Shown: positions 48,503-58,959, counted from the first letter of the stretch. The stretch is 64,000 nt of DNA from an uncultured Planctomycetia bacterium (GCA_964527765.1 CAZGQR010000001.1:182353-246352); one strand, 5' to 3'. A program made the numbers and translations. The notes: generated by a model not told the origin, from the letters alone.

Positions 48503-50269
48503 TTACCTCCCTTTTCTGAGTTTAAGCCCCAGCTCTCTCAGCTGCGCATCGTTAACGCTCGAAGGCGCTCCGGTGAGCGAGCAGATGCCTTTTTGCGTCT
48601 TCGGAAACGGAATAACTTCACGTATCGATGGGTCCCCGGTAAAAAGCGTGACCACCCTGTCCATGCCGAACGCTATGCCTCCATGCGGCGGAGGACCGTA
48701 ACGGAAAGCCTCAAGAAGAAAACCGAACCTTCTCCTGCATTCTTCGCTGCTCAGGCCCAGCGCGCCGAATATCTTCTCCTGTACGTCTCTTTTATGTATC
48801 CTTATGCTTCCCGACCCTATCTCGCTTCCGTTCAATACCAGGTCATAGGACCTGGATCTCACCTTCGCCAGCTCACCTTTCTCCAGAAACTCCATGTCCT
48901 CTTCTTTGAACCCGGTGAACGGGTGGTGTTCGGATACCCATCTGTTTTCATCCCTGTTGAACTTGAATAGCGGAAAATTGACCACCCAGAGAAAATCGAA
49001 CCTGTCGCTGTCTATAAGATCTTTTTCGCGGCCGATCTTCAGCCTTAATGCCCCCAGCGACTCGCACGCGACTTCCCTGGAATCGGCGACCATGAATATC
49101 ATATCCCCCGGCCTTGCGCCGGTCTCTTCGCGAAAAAGACGAAGCGTGTCCCGGGAAAAGAATTTCGTTACGGGCGAGGTAAGCTCTTTTTCCTCGACCT
49201 TGAAATATGCCAGCCCTTTGGCGCCGTACTCCCCCGCAAAAGCTGTCAGTTCATCTATTTTTTTGCGGCTTATATCTCCATAACCGGGCGCGGCCAGGGC
49301 CATCACCCTGCCGCCTGAAGAAACCGCGTTCTGAAAAACCTTGAAATCACACTTGCCTGCCGCCCGGGTAAGATCGTGCAGAAACACCTCAAATCTGGTA
49401 TCCGGCTTATCGGTGCCGTACCGGGTGAAGGCTTCTTCGTAATCCATCCTCACGAACGGTATCTTTATCTCGCGCCCCATCACTTCCGCGAAAAGCCCTT
49501 TGAACAGACGTTCACATACCTCCAGGATATCATCCTGCTCCACGAACGACATTTCCATGTCCAGCTGCGTAAACTCCGGCTGCCTGTCGGCCCTGAGATC
49601 CTCATCGCGGAAACATCGCACGATCTGAAAATATTTCTCCACTCCCGCCACCATGAGCAACTGCTTGAATATCTGGGGTGATTGGGGAAGGGCATAAAAA
49701 CTGCCCTGCTGCACCCTGGAAGGAACGAGATAATCGCGCGCGCCTTCCGGGGTGGATTTAGTGAGCACGGGTGTTTCCACGGAAACAAACTCCTCATCGT
49801 CAAGAAAATCCGTTACAAACCTGTAGATCTTATGTTTTATCAGGAGTTTTTTCTGCATGGGAGCACGCCTCAGGTCAAGATAGCGATATTTCAACCGGAC
49901 TTCCTCGGTAACATCGATCTTCTCCTTGACCTCAAAAGGCGGCGTGTCGGATTCCGAAAGGATCTCTATTTCCTTGATCTCTATCTCGATCTCTCCGGTA
50001 TTGATCTTCGGATTGACCGTTCCTTCGGGCCTTCTCGAAACTTTCCCGGTAACCTTCACGCAATATTCATTCCTGAGCTGGTGGGCTTTCCTGTGGGCAT
50101 CTTTGTTCTTTTCCGGGTCAAAGACTATCTGCGTCACGCCGTGCTTATCCCTGACGTCCATGAAAATTATCTCGCCGTGATCTCTTCTTGAAGCGATCCA
50201 CCCGCAAAGACAGACTTCCTTAGAAAGATCCTTTACGGTAAGTTCCCCGCAATTATGCGTTCGTATCAT
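48503..50269 (-). CDS. aspS: Aspartate--tRNA ligase (probably non-discriminating)
   Basis: RTHNCG, RRDHG, STPEGARDY, FRDEDLRADRQPEF, PPHGG. Confidence 0.97.
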   Translation of the reverse strand: MIRTHNCGELTVKDLSKEVCLCGWIASRRDHGEIIFMDVRDKHGVTQIVFDPEKNKDAHRKAHQLRNEYCVKVTGKVSRRPEGTVNPKINTGEIEIEIKEIEILSESDTPPFEVKEKIDVTEEVRLKYRYLDLRRAPMQKKLLIKHKIYRFVTDFLDDEEFVSVETPVLTKSTPEGARDYLVPSRVQQGSFYALPQSPQIFKQLLMVAGVEKYFQIVRCFRDEDLRADRQPEFTQLDMEMSFVEQDDILEVCERLFKGLFAEVMGREIKIPFVRMDYEEAFTRYGTDKPDTRFEVFLHDLTRAAGKCDFKVFQNAVSSGGRVMALAAPGYGDISRKKIDELTAFAGEYGAKGLAYFKVEEKELTSPVTKFFSRDTLRLFREETGARPGDMIFMVADSREVACESLGALRLKIGREKDLIDSDRFDFLWVVNFPLFKFNRDENRWVSEHHPFTGFKEEDMEFLEKGELAKVRSRSYDLVLNGSEIGSGSIRIHKRDVQEKIFGALGLSSEECRRRFGFLLEAFRYGPPPHGGIAFGMDRVVTLFTGDPSIREVIPFPKTQKGICSLTGAPSSVNDAQLRELGLKLRKGR

Positions 50270-51527
50270 ATTCGCCTTTCAAGCGCCTGAGAGCCCCCTC
50301 AAAAGACAGCGTTTTCTGCTCGCCGCTCTCCATGTCTTTGAGAAGCAGTTTCCCGCTTTTTATCTCTTCTTCGCCTATTATGATGACGAATTTCCTCCCG
50401 TCCTTATGGGCCTTGCGCATCTGCCCTTTGACCGACCGGCCGGAATGGTCCATCTCGCACGGCACGCCTCCGGCCCGCAATCTGTTGGTGCTACGGAATG
50501 CCTCCGGGCGTGATCCGTCATCTACGGGGATCACCAGGACCCCGGGCAGCGAATCCGAAAGGGCATTTTTCCCGTCAACGACAAGGAGCAACCTTTCAAC
50601 GCCGATAGCGTGTCCTGTCGCCCCCGCGTCCGGGCCTCCCATTTGTCTTGCAAGATTGTCATACCTGCCGCCTGCGGCTATCGCATCCTGCGCTCCCAGC
50701 GAAGGATGAACCACTTCGAATATTGTCCCCGTGTAGTAATCCAGCCCCCTCACCAGGTCTTTTTTCTCGCGAAAAGGCACTTTCATGTCCGAAAGGATCC
50801 CTTTCAGGGCGCGGTAGTCTTCCCGGCACCTTTTACACAGGTGATCCAGGATACCGGGAGCTTTTTTCACTATATCCTTGCACTCTTTTCTCTTGCAATC
50901 CAGCACGCGCAGCACGTTCCTCTTGACCCTTCTCCTGCAGTCATCGCACAAGCCGGAGCTTTTTGCGGCCAGGTAATCTGCCAGTGTTTTCTGGTAACCG
51001 GCCCGGTCTTTGTCGCATCCCAGCGAGTTAAGCAATATGGTAAAACCGTCGACCTTAAAGCTTTTCAAGAGCGCCTCAAGGTTGAGTATGATCTCGGCGT
51101 CCACGTAAGGCCCCGAAGCGCCTATTATTTCCGCCCCTATCTGGTGAAACTGCCTGAGGCGCCCTTTCTGAGGACGTTCCCCCCTGAACATGGGGCCAAA
51201 ATAATACAACTTGACCGTATCTCGCTTGTTATGCCAGCCGTGCTCTATATATGCCCGTATGATCGAAGCTGTTCCTTCGGGCCGAAGCGAGACATTCTTG
51301 CCTCCCCTGTCGGTGAAGGAATACATCTCCTTTTCGACTATATCCGTATCCTCTCCTATGCTGCGCGTAAAGACTTCCGTCTCTTCAAGAAGGGGAATAC
51401 GTATTTCATCATACCCGAACGTATGAAACACGCCCCGCGCCTTATCTTCTACCCAGCGCATCACGGCTGCTTTTTCGGGAAGAACATCGGGCATACCTCT
51501 AAGCGACTTGTACTTGAGCTCACCCAC
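50253..51527 (-). CDS. hisS: Histidine--tRNA ligase
   Basis: LRPEGTA, ERPQKGR, LVRGLDYY, GGRYD; start taken at GTG 51527. Confidence 0.96.
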   Translation of the reverse strand: MGELKYKSLRGMPDVLPEKAAVMRWVEDKARGVFHTFGYDEIRIPLLEETEVFTRSIGEDTDIVEKEMYSFTDRGGKNVSLRPEGTASIIRAYIEHGWHNKRDTVKLYYFGPMFRGERPQKGRLRQFHQIGAEIIGASGPYVDAEIILNLEALLKSFKVDGFTILLNSLGCDKDRAGYQKTLADYLAAKSSGLCDDCRRRVKRNVLRVLDCKRKECKDIVKKAPGILDHLCKRCREDYRALKGILSDMKVPFREKKDLVRGLDYYTGTIFEVVHPSLGAQDAIAAGGRYDNLARQMGGPDAGATGHAIGVERLLLVVDGKNALSDSLPGVLVIPVDDGSRPEAFRSTNRLRAGGVPCEMDHSGRSVKGQMRKAHKDGRKFVIIIGEEEIKSGKLLLKDMESGEQKTLSFEGALRRLKGEYDTNA

Positions 51528-51545
51528 GCTAACCCCTATTCTCAC

Positions 51546-51610
51546 AAAAGTAAATGGAACGGCCCTACTCCCGGCCTCACGCCACTACGGTAGACCTGTC
51601 CCGCCTTTCA
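51546..51610 (-). repeat. Intercistronic GAAAGGCGGGACAGG hairpin element (copy 2)
   Basis: Exact 15-mer at 51595-51609; tail TTTACTTTT. Confidence 0.85.
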
Positions 51611-51620
51611 TGCCGTATTC

Positions 51621-51902
51621 TTATCGACCTTGCTCCACGTCCAGCTTCATTTTCATTCCCGGCTTAAAGGACACTACCTTTTTGTCGGGGATTGAAACAC
51701 TTTCACCTGTCCTGGGGTTCCTCCCCAATCTTCCCTTGCGGGTCTTTACCTTGAAAATGCCGAAGTTCCTCAGTTCGACCTTGTCATTGCGGCGGAGGCT
51801 TTCGATTATCATGTCGAAAGTGCGCTGCACGACTTCCTTGACTTCGACCTGTTTCAGGCCGGTCTCGTCGGAGATCTTCATGATGATGTCTTTCTTTGTC
51901 AT
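51621..51902 (-). CDS. HU/IHF family nucleoid protein
   Basis: MTKKDI, LRNFGIF, GRNPRTGE, FKPG. Confidence 0.96.
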   Translation of the reverse strand: MTKKDIIMKISDETGLKQVEVKEVVQRTFDMIIESLRRNDKVELRNFGIFKVKTRKGRLGRNPRTGESVSIPDKKVVSFKPGMKMKLDVEQGR

Positions 51903-52083
51903 ATATGCTCCCTTCCTTTAATGAGCTCACAACTTACGCGACTGAAAGGAGTGTAAGTTGTATGAGCGAATTAATCCGGCACTAATTTTATAAAAAATCA
52001 GCGCCGGGTCAAGCTCGGCCAGTGGACTCATGTTTGCTCGCTTTGCTCGCTCCATAAGTCCGGGGCTCACTTGATAAGTCCTT

Positions 52084-52112
52084 ATGTTATCATTGGTTAT
52101 GCATTGTGTCAA
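52084..52112 (-). promoter_or_regulatory. sigma70 promoter for the HU/IHF gene
   Basis: TTGACA-N17-TAACAT. Confidence 0.7.
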
Positions 52113-52128
52113 CGTCAAAAAGACGTTT

Positions 52129-55100
52129 CTACCTTGTCAGGAATTTCACATTCCCTATGCCGACTATCGTTTCAACCTTGTCGACCAGTTCCTTGGTCGG
52201 ATGAACGAACAGCTCACTATCCGTGGAAAGCCGGACTTTGCGTCCTTCCGGAGAAACAAACTCTATAAATACCGGGGTCTTGCCCTTGAACGATTCGATC
52301 GCTCTTTTGATCTTTTTCATCATCCGGTCTTCAAGGCCGGTCGTGGATATCTTAATAAGAACTGCCTTGGTGAACTTTTCCTTCACTTTCTCCAGCGCTA
52401 TGATCTCTTCTGCTATTATCTTTGGTTCTTCCTCGCGGAGACTGAGCCGGCCATGCACGTACACCATTTTATCTTCCTTCGCGAGCTCGGGGGCCTTTCT
52501 GTACGTCTTCGGAAAAACAAGCACTTCGACAAAATTATCAAGATCCTCCAGGCTGAGTATCGCCATCTTCTCCGACTTCTTACGCGTAACGGTCGTTCTG
52601 ACTTTGCTCACTATTCCCCCTATCAAGACCTTCTGCCCGTCGGACAGGCCCGATAATTCGGATATCTTGCAGGTCGAATACGCGCTAAGGAGTCTTTCGA
52701 ACCTGGCCAGGGGATGCTTGGTAATATAAAAACCCAGCATCTCTTTTTCGTTCGCAAGAAGCTCATGTTCCGGCCATTCCGGTATATCGGGCATATCCTG
52801 AAAATTATCCTTGAAACTTTCATCCGTGTTGGTGTCGTCAAAAAATGACATCTGCCCGAGATCCCTGTCCTTGTTGGCCTTGGCGGCCATGGCCAGGACC
52901 TTGTCCAGCACCGCCATCGCCTGGGACCGGCGTATGCCTATAGAATCAAAGGCTCCGCACTTTATGAGGCTTTCCAGGACCTTTCTGTTGACCGTCCTGA
53001 GATCGACCTTCCGCGTGAAATCATATATGGACTCGAATTTTCCGTCATTTTGTCGCGTGGCTATGATCGATTCAGCGGCGCCTTCTCCCACGTTCTTCAC
53101 GGCTGAAAGCCCGAACCTGATGTCTTTCCCGACAACCGTGAAATCCTTGAAGCTTTCGTTGACGTCCGGCGGCAATATGTCTATGGTCATGCGGATAGCC
53201 TCGTTTATATAATCCGCTATCTTATCGGAATTGTTTTTCTCGCTTGTCAGAAGCGCCGTCATGAACTCGACGGGATAATTCGCCTTGAGATATGCCGTTC
53301 TGTAACTGACCATGGCATACGCCGCGCTGTGCGATTTGTTGAACCCGTATCCGGCGAAATAAGCTATAAAGTCCCATATCTTCTCGGCCGTCAAACTGTC
53401 AACACCGTTCTTCTTGGCGCCTTCCATGAACTTCACTTTGATCCCCGCCATCGCCTCCGGGTTTTTCTTGGACATTATCTTCCTCACGTCATCCGCTTCT
53501 GCCATGTTGAAACCGGCAAGGGCGGAAACGATCTGCATCACCTGTTCCTGGAAGACTATTATCCCGTATGTCTCTTTCAGTATCGGCTCAAGCATCGGAT
53601 GATCGTACTTGACATCAATGTGCCCCTGTTTCCTTTTTATGAAATCGTCCAGCATTCCGCTTCCCATGGGCCCGGGCCGATAGAGCGCCAGGATCGCTAT
53701 CAGGTCCTCGAACCTCCCGGGGTTAAGTTTCCTCAGCAGGTCCCGCATCCCGCCCGACTCAAGCTGGAACACGCCCGCGGTCTCTGCCCTCTGCAGGAGC
53801 TCGAACGTCGGTTTATCGTCAAGGGGGATCTTATCGATATCGATATCTTCTTCTCTGGTGCGTTTCACGATCTTGAGCGTATGGTCGATCACCGTCAGCG
53901 TTTTCAGGCCCAAAAAATCCATCTTCAGCATGCCTATCTTTTCCAGCGATTTCATGGCAAAACCGGTGCTTACCTGGTCATCCGTCGTTTTAAAAAGAGG
54001 GATGCGTTTCTGCAGGGGCTTGTCCGATATCACTACGCCGGCCGCATGCGTTGAGGCGTGGCGGTTGAGACCTTCCAGTCGCTCCGATATATCTATGAGT
54101 TGGCGGACCACGGGATCATCCTCATACCGATCATTAAGTTCGGGCTCGATCTCCAGTGCCCTCTCCAGGGTTATGCCGGGATCGTTGGGAACAAGCTTCG
54201 CTATTTTATCCACTTCAGCGTAAGGTATGCTCATAACGCGCCCCACGTCCCTCAGGACACCTTTGGCCATCATGGTCCCGAACGTGATTATCTGGGCCAC
54301 GTTTTCCTTGGAATATTTCTCGATCACATAATCTATGACCTCGCTTCTTTTCTCAAAGCAAAAATCTATGTCGATATCAGGCATGGTAACCCTTTCGGGA
54401 TTAAGAAACCTTTCAAATATGAGACCGTACTTGAGCGGGTCCAGGTCGGTGATCCCCAGGGCATAGCTTACAATGCTGCCGGCCGCGGAGCCCCTGCCCG
54501 GCCCCACGGGTATGCCTTTTTCCTTCGCATGGCTGATAAAGTCCCAGACTATGAGAAAATAACTTACGTACCCGGAGGAGCGGATGATCTTCAATTCGTG
54601 TTCAACGCGTTCCCTGACCTCGTCCGTGATCGTCTCATATCGCTTTTTGATCCCCTCGCTGACAAGGCGGTTGAAAAAGGCGGTATTTTCCTCGTTTCCC
54701 GGAGCCTGAAAATGAGGAAGATGCAGCTCGTTGAAATCAAGCTCCAGCTGGCACATCTCCGCGATCTTCACGGTATTCGTCACGGCTTCCGGCACGTCGG
54801 AAAAGGCGTTCTGCATTTCCTCGGGAGATTTGAAATATAACTGGTCGGTCTGGAACCTCATACGGTTAGGATCGTCCAGCGTGGCCTGGGTCTGGATACA
54901 TAAAAGCGCTTCATGCGCTTTCGCGTCGCTTTTGTCCAGATAGTGCACATCGTTAGTGGCTACCAGGGGCAGGTCCAGTTCGCGCGCGAGTTTGATCATC
55001 TCGGCATTGACCTTATACTGCTGTTCGAACTGATTATCCTGCACTTCAAGGTAAAAATTGTCCCTGCCGAATATGTCCGCGTATTCTGACGCGGTCTTTC

Positions 55101-55581
55101 TTGCCTGTTCCCCCTGGTCCGACAGGAGAAGATGTGCTATCTCGCCCCTGAGGCAGGCTGACAGGGCGATCAGGCCTTTTGAGCATCTGGCGAGCACTTC
55201 CTTGTCCACCCTGGGCCTGTAATAAAAACCTTCCAGGTAACCGATAGAAACGATCTCCATTAAATTCCTGTACCCGGTCATGTTCCTGGCCAGAAGGACC
55301 AGGTGATATGATGCCCCCCTGATCCCGTGACTTGTCTTATCGAAACGGCTTTCCGGGGCCACATATATCTCGCATCCGATAATGGGCTTGATCCCTCTTC
55401 TCCTGGCTTTTTCATAAAATTCAATAACGCCGAACATGTTCCCGTGATCGGTTATCGCGCATGCCGGCATGTTATATTTATTGGCAAGGTCAAGCAGTTC
55501 GTCGAGTCGGCATGCGCCGTCAAGAAGGCTGTACTGGGTATGGACATGCAAATGCACAAAGTTGGACTGCGGTTCTGTCAT
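52129..55581 (-). CDS. dnaE: DNA polymerase III alpha subunit
   Basis: HLHVHTQYSLLDG, GPGRGSAAGS, MPDIDIDF, FNKSHS; no intein seen. Confidence 0.98.
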   Translation of the reverse strand: MTEPQSNFVHLHVHTQYSLLDGACRLDELLDLANKYNMPACAITDHGNMFGVIEFYEKARRRGIKPIIGCEIYVAPESRFDKTSHGIRGASYHLVLLARNMTGYRNLMEIVSIGYLEGFYYRPRVDKEVLARCSKGLIALSACLRGEIAHLLLSDQGEQARKTASEYADIFGRDNFYLEVQDNQFEQQYKVNAEMIKLARELDLPLVATNDVHYLDKSDAKAHEALLCIQTQATLDDPNRMRFQTDQLYFKSPEEMQNAFSDVPEAVTNTVKIAEMCQLELDFNELHLPHFQAPGNEENTAFFNRLVSEGIKKRYETITDEVRERVEHELKIIRSSGYVSYFLIVWDFISHAKEKGIPVGPGRGSAAGSIVSYALGITDLDPLKYGLIFERFLNPERVTMPDIDIDFCFEKRSEVIDYVIEKYSKENVAQIITFGTMMAKGVLRDVGRVMSIPYAEVDKIAKLVPNDPGITLERALEIEPELNDRYEDDPVVRQLIDISERLEGLNRHASTHAAGVVISDKPLQKRIPLFKTTDDQVSTGFAMKSLEKIGMLKMDFLGLKTLTVIDHTLKIVKRTREEDIDIDKIPLDDKPTFELLQRAETAGVFQLESGGMRDLLRKLNPGRFEDLIAILALYRPGPMGSGMLDDFIKRKQGHIDVKYDHPMLEPILKETYGIIVFQEQVMQIVSALAGFNMAEADDVRKIMSKKNPEAMAGIKVKFMEGAKKNGVDSLTAEKIWDFIAYFAGYGFNKSHSAAYAMVSYRTAYLKANYPVEFMTALLTSEKNNSDKIADYINEAIRMTIDILPPDVNESFKDFTVVGKDIRFGLSAVKNVGEGAAESIIATRQNDGKFESIYDFTRKVDLRTVNRKVLESLIKCGAFDSIGIRRSQAMAVLDKVLAMAAKANKDRDLGQMSFFDDTNTDESFKDNFQDMPDIPEWPEHELLANEKEMLGFYITKHPLARFERLLSAYSTCKISELSGLSDGQKVLIGGIVSKVRTTVTRKKSEKMAILSLEDLDNFVEVLVFPKTYRKAPELAKEDKMVYVHGRLSLREEEPKIIAEEIIALEKVKEKFTKAVLIKISTTGLEDRMMKKIKRAIESFKGKTPVFIEFVSPEGRKVRLSTDSELFVHPTKELVDKVETIVGIGNVKFLTR

Positions 55582-55634
55582 GGTTTTGGTGCGGTTTTTA
55601 GAAATAATAACTCATTGACCCGGACATGATAGGA

Positions 55635-56795
55635 TCATTTTCGCATCCCGACACGCTGGGCGGTCTGGTAGACTTTTCCCTCCGTCTGGATCGAAGGCGC
55701 TATGATCATATCTACGTGCTGCATCTCGCGGATATTGTGCGCCCCGAGATTGCCCATGCTCGTAGCAAGAGCACCTACAAGATTTTGCGTGCCGTCGTCG
55801 AGCCGGGCGGGACCGTACAGGATCTCTTCGAGCGTACTCGTAGTGCCTACCTCTATACGGGTTCCTCTCGGAAGAGAAGGATGAGGCATTGCCATGCCCC
55901 AGTGATAACCTCTGCCGGGTGCTTCGGTAGCCCTGGCAAAAGCGTTGCCCAGCATAACGGCATCGGCGCCCGCGGCAAATGCTTTACAAATATCACCGCC
56001 GGTGGCCATACCGCCATCGGTGATTATCGGGATATACTTGCCGGTTTCTTTGTAATAAAAATCCCTGGCAGCGGCGCAATCACAGGTCGCGGTGATCTGC
56101 GGCACGCCTATCCCGAGAACCCCGCGTGAAGTACACGCCGTTCCCGGTCCGATACCGACAAAGATCCCCTGACATCCGGTCTTCATAAGTTCGGTAGCTA
56201 CGTCGTAGCTGACGCAATTACCGAAAAGTACGGGTATCTTCATCTTTCCGCAGAACTTGGTAAGATCCAGGGGTTTATATTTGTTCGACTCGTGTTTTAT
56301 GCTGATAACAGTGGACTGGACTGCAAAGATATCGCATCCCGCATCCTGCGCGATGGGACCGAATCTTTCAGCCACCTGGGGATTACAACTGACGACCGCG
56401 GGCGCACCGGCGGCTTTTATCTCTTTGATCCTCTTGGTTATGAGGTCTTCCTTGATCGGTTCGGAATAAACATCCTGTATGGCCTTGGTGCTTTCCTTCG
56501 CATCGCAGTTCACGATCTTTTCGATAGCTCCGGAAGGATCGTTATATCTGGTCGAAATGCCTTCAAGATGCAGAACGGCTATCCCTCCAAGCTTGCCCAT
56601 CGCTATGGCGAAATTAACATCCACTACACCGTCCATCGAAGATGCCATTATCGGGACCTGAAATTTTATCCCCCCTATCTCGCAGGAAGTATCGACATCA
56701 TCAGGGTTTATCGTAAGGTTGCCCGGAACCAGAGAGACCTCGTCAAAACCGTAACTGCGCCTGGCTTTTCGCCCCATACCGATCCACATTCCCAT
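55635..56795 (-). CDS. guaB: GuaB3-type IMP dehydrogenase (no CBS domains)
   Basis: ASSMDGVV, GIGPGTACTSR, DGG..TGGD, HWGMA.P...LPRG; GAGGAGG RBS before ATG 56795. Confidence 0.88.
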   Translation of the reverse strand: MGMWIGMGRKARRSYGFDEVSLVPGNLTINPDDVDTSCEIGGIKFQVPIMASSMDGVVDVNFAIAMGKLGGIAVLHLEGISTRYNDPSGAIEKIVNCDAKESTKAIQDVYSEPIKEDLITKRIKEIKAAGAPAVVSCNPQVAERFGPIAQDAGCDIFAVQSTVISIKHESNKYKPLDLTKFCGKMKIPVLFGNCVSYDVATELMKTGCQGIFVGIGPGTACTSRGVLGIGVPQITATCDCAAARDFYYKETGKYIPIITDGGMATGGDICKAFAAGADAVMLGNAFARATEAPGRGYHWGMAMPHPSLPRGTRIEVGTTSTLEEILYGPARLDDGTQNLVGALATSMGNLGAHNIREMQHVDMIIAPSIQTEGKVYQTAQRVGMRK

Positions 56796-57010
56796 AATTG
56801 CCTCCTCTATCAAAATTTGGTCCTTCGGCCGGCCTTCTGATGTAATCGGCCGCCTTCGGCCCCTTCGGGCTGTTGGCAAACACAGCCAAATTTTTTTAAT
56901 GGGGAACCAATGGTTCCCCCTTAATGTTCCCCCTCCTTCATTGGAAGGGCCTCTGTGCTACCGACACATGTGCCGGCTCTATGTTAATATCAAATAAAGA
57001 TTTAGATAGT

Positions 57011-57039
57011 ATGATACAAAAGAGAGAGGTATTTGTCAA
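57011..57039 (-). promoter_or_regulatory. sigma70 promoter for guaB-dnaE
   Basis: TTGACA-N17-TATCAT. Confidence 0.8.
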
Positions 57040-57143
57040 TAGCAGCACTAATCAATAGCCGGTACCCGGGTTTAAGCCGCGGGTGCATTGTTTCCGAAGG
57101 ATAAGGACTTGTATCGTTGGAACATCGGCTGAAAAGCGCGATA

Positions 57144-58838
57144 TCAGAAGGAAGCCTGTTCGGCTGCCACAGGTGCCTGTTCGTGGCCTTTCCATCTCAT
57201 CTCGCTGATCACGCCCTGGGCCACGTTGGTAAGATGGTCGCCTATTTTCTCCAGGTTATCGACAAAATCCATAAAAACGATCCCTGACCTCAGGTCGCAA
57301 AGGCCGTTATTAAGCCGGTTCACATGCGACTTCTTAAGATTCTCCTGGAATTTATTCACCTGCTGTTCCCTTTTTAATACATCTTCGGCTATGCGCGGAT
57401 CGTTCTTCTTTAGTGCCGCTTCCGCCTCTATCATCATGCTGTTCAGCTCATTCCACATCAAATTAAGTTCCTTGATGGCATCATCGGTGAACGGAAGCTT
57501 CTTTTCTATCTTGCGTTCGGCAAGTTCCACGATATTCTCGGAATGGTCCCCTATCCTCTCAATATCATTGACGTTGTGGATCAAAACAGGAAGTTCTTCC
57601 GATTCCTGCTGGCTGAGGGTCCTCTGCGAAAGTTCGACAAGGTACTGCGTGATCTCCGACTGGAGATTATCAACGGCCTGTTCCAGTTTCGTCACCGGTT
57701 TTAAGGCATTGATGTCGTTCTCGAGAAAACCTTTAACTGCGCTTGATACCGACTTGCGGGCCAGGCCCATCATCCAGACGGTCTCCCTGCGGGCCTGTTC
57801 CATGGCGATGGGCGGCGTTTCCAGCAGGTGTTTCTCAAGATACTGCGGCCCCGCCTCAATAGCTCCTTTTCTTTTGGGAACGAGAAAAATGCTCGCTTTC
57901 TCAAGAAGCCCGATAAACGGCAGAAAAAGACAGGCGTTGAAGATCTTAAAAACACTGTTGGCGACAGCGATATGGAACATAACATTTTTAAGAGTGATCT
58001 CACCGGGAATAATGAAGTCTATCGCCTTCACGAACCATCCTGTATAGACAAAAACAAGCATATAACCAACACCTATGACGTTAAACAGGGTATGCGACAT
58101 GGCCGCCCGTCTTGCCGGCAGATTCGTGCCCACGGCCGCCAGCTGCGCGGTGATGGTCGTCCCTATATCATCGCCGAGCACCAGGGGAATGGCGGCGGGA
58201 AAACTTATAAGACCGTTAAAAGCCATGACCTGGACTATAGCTATGGTCGCGCTGGAGGACTGGATCAGCATGGTGACAAGCATGCCTACAAGCACACCCA
58301 GGATGGGGTTATCGCTAAAGCTAATAAACAGGTCTTTTACGTGCTGACTTTGCTTCAGGGGCTCGAAGGCGTCTTTCATGAACCCCAGCCCCACAAAAAG
58401 AAGACCGAACCCCATGATCGTCTGTCCCCAGAATTTGGTATTTTTGGTCCGGCCGAATGTCTTGACGGCAAAACCAATGCCGATGATCGGAAGAGCGTAA
58501 TTGGTGATCCTGAAAACCGACATGGAAGAGACGAGCCACGCGGTAAATGTCGTCCCGATATTCGCCCCCATCACCACGCTTATGGCCTGTTTTAGCGCAA
58601 GAAGTCCGGCATTGACAAACCCGACGACCATGACCGTGGTGGCACTTGAGGACTGGATCAGACAGGTTATCGCAGCTCCGACCAGAATTCCGAGAACAGG
58701 GAGCTTCGTAACTATGCGGAGGATATTCTTGAGACGGTCACCGGCTATTTTCTTGAGCCCTTCGGACATGGTCTGCATCCCGAAAAAGAAAAGCCCGAGA
58801 CCGCCTATAAGCATGAATATCAGATGAACACTCATCAC
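57144..58838 (-). CDS. Na+/Pi cotransporter with C-terminal PhoU domains
   Basis: Two QSSSAT repeats, GANIGTT, ERIGDH/EKIGDH. Confidence 0.93.
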   Translation of the reverse strand: MMSVHLIFMLIGGLGLFFFGMQTMSEGLKKIAGDRLKNILRIVTKLPVLGILVGAAITCLIQSSSATTVMVVGFVNAGLLALKQAISVVMGANIGTTFTAWLVSSMSVFRITNYALPIIGIGFAVKTFGRTKNTKFWGQTIMGFGLLFVGLGFMKDAFEPLKQSQHVKDLFISFSDNPILGVLVGMLVTMLIQSSSATIAIVQVMAFNGLISFPAAIPLVLGDDIGTTITAQLAAVGTNLPARRAAMSHTLFNVIGVGYMLVFVYTGWFVKAIDFIIPGEITLKNVMFHIAVANSVFKIFNACLFLPFIGLLEKASIFLVPKRKGAIEAGPQYLEKHLLETPPIAMEQARRETVWMMGLARKSVSSAVKGFLENDINALKPVTKLEQAVDNLQSEITQYLVELSQRTLSQQESEELPVLIHNVNDIERIGDHSENIVELAERKIEKKLPFTDDAIKELNLMWNELNSMMIEAEAALKKNDPRIAEDVLKREQQVNKFQENLKKSHVNRLNNGLCDLRSGIVFMDFVDNLEKIGDHLTNVAQGVISEMRWKGHEQAPVAAEQASF

Positions 58839-58902
58839 TTCTTATTTTCTGATATATTGTATTGTTATTAGTCTTGTTAAGGAAGTCATCACTGTCAGGC
58901 AT

Positions 58903-58931
58903 AAGTTAACATGAAGCATTGACGGTGTCAA
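58903..58931 (-). promoter_or_regulatory. sigma70 promoter overlapped by the palindrome TTGAC-N3-GTCAA
   Basis: TTGACA-N17-TAACTT, with TGn before the -10. Confidence 0.6.
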
Positions 58932-58959
58932 GGGGGAAAACCTGAAAGCAGAGATCGGA

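Noticed and set aside
56796-57010. Known purine, ZTP or ykkC riboswitch upstream of guaB
   Set aside because: The conserved core nucleotides are not found by eye; kept only as an unknown structured leader.
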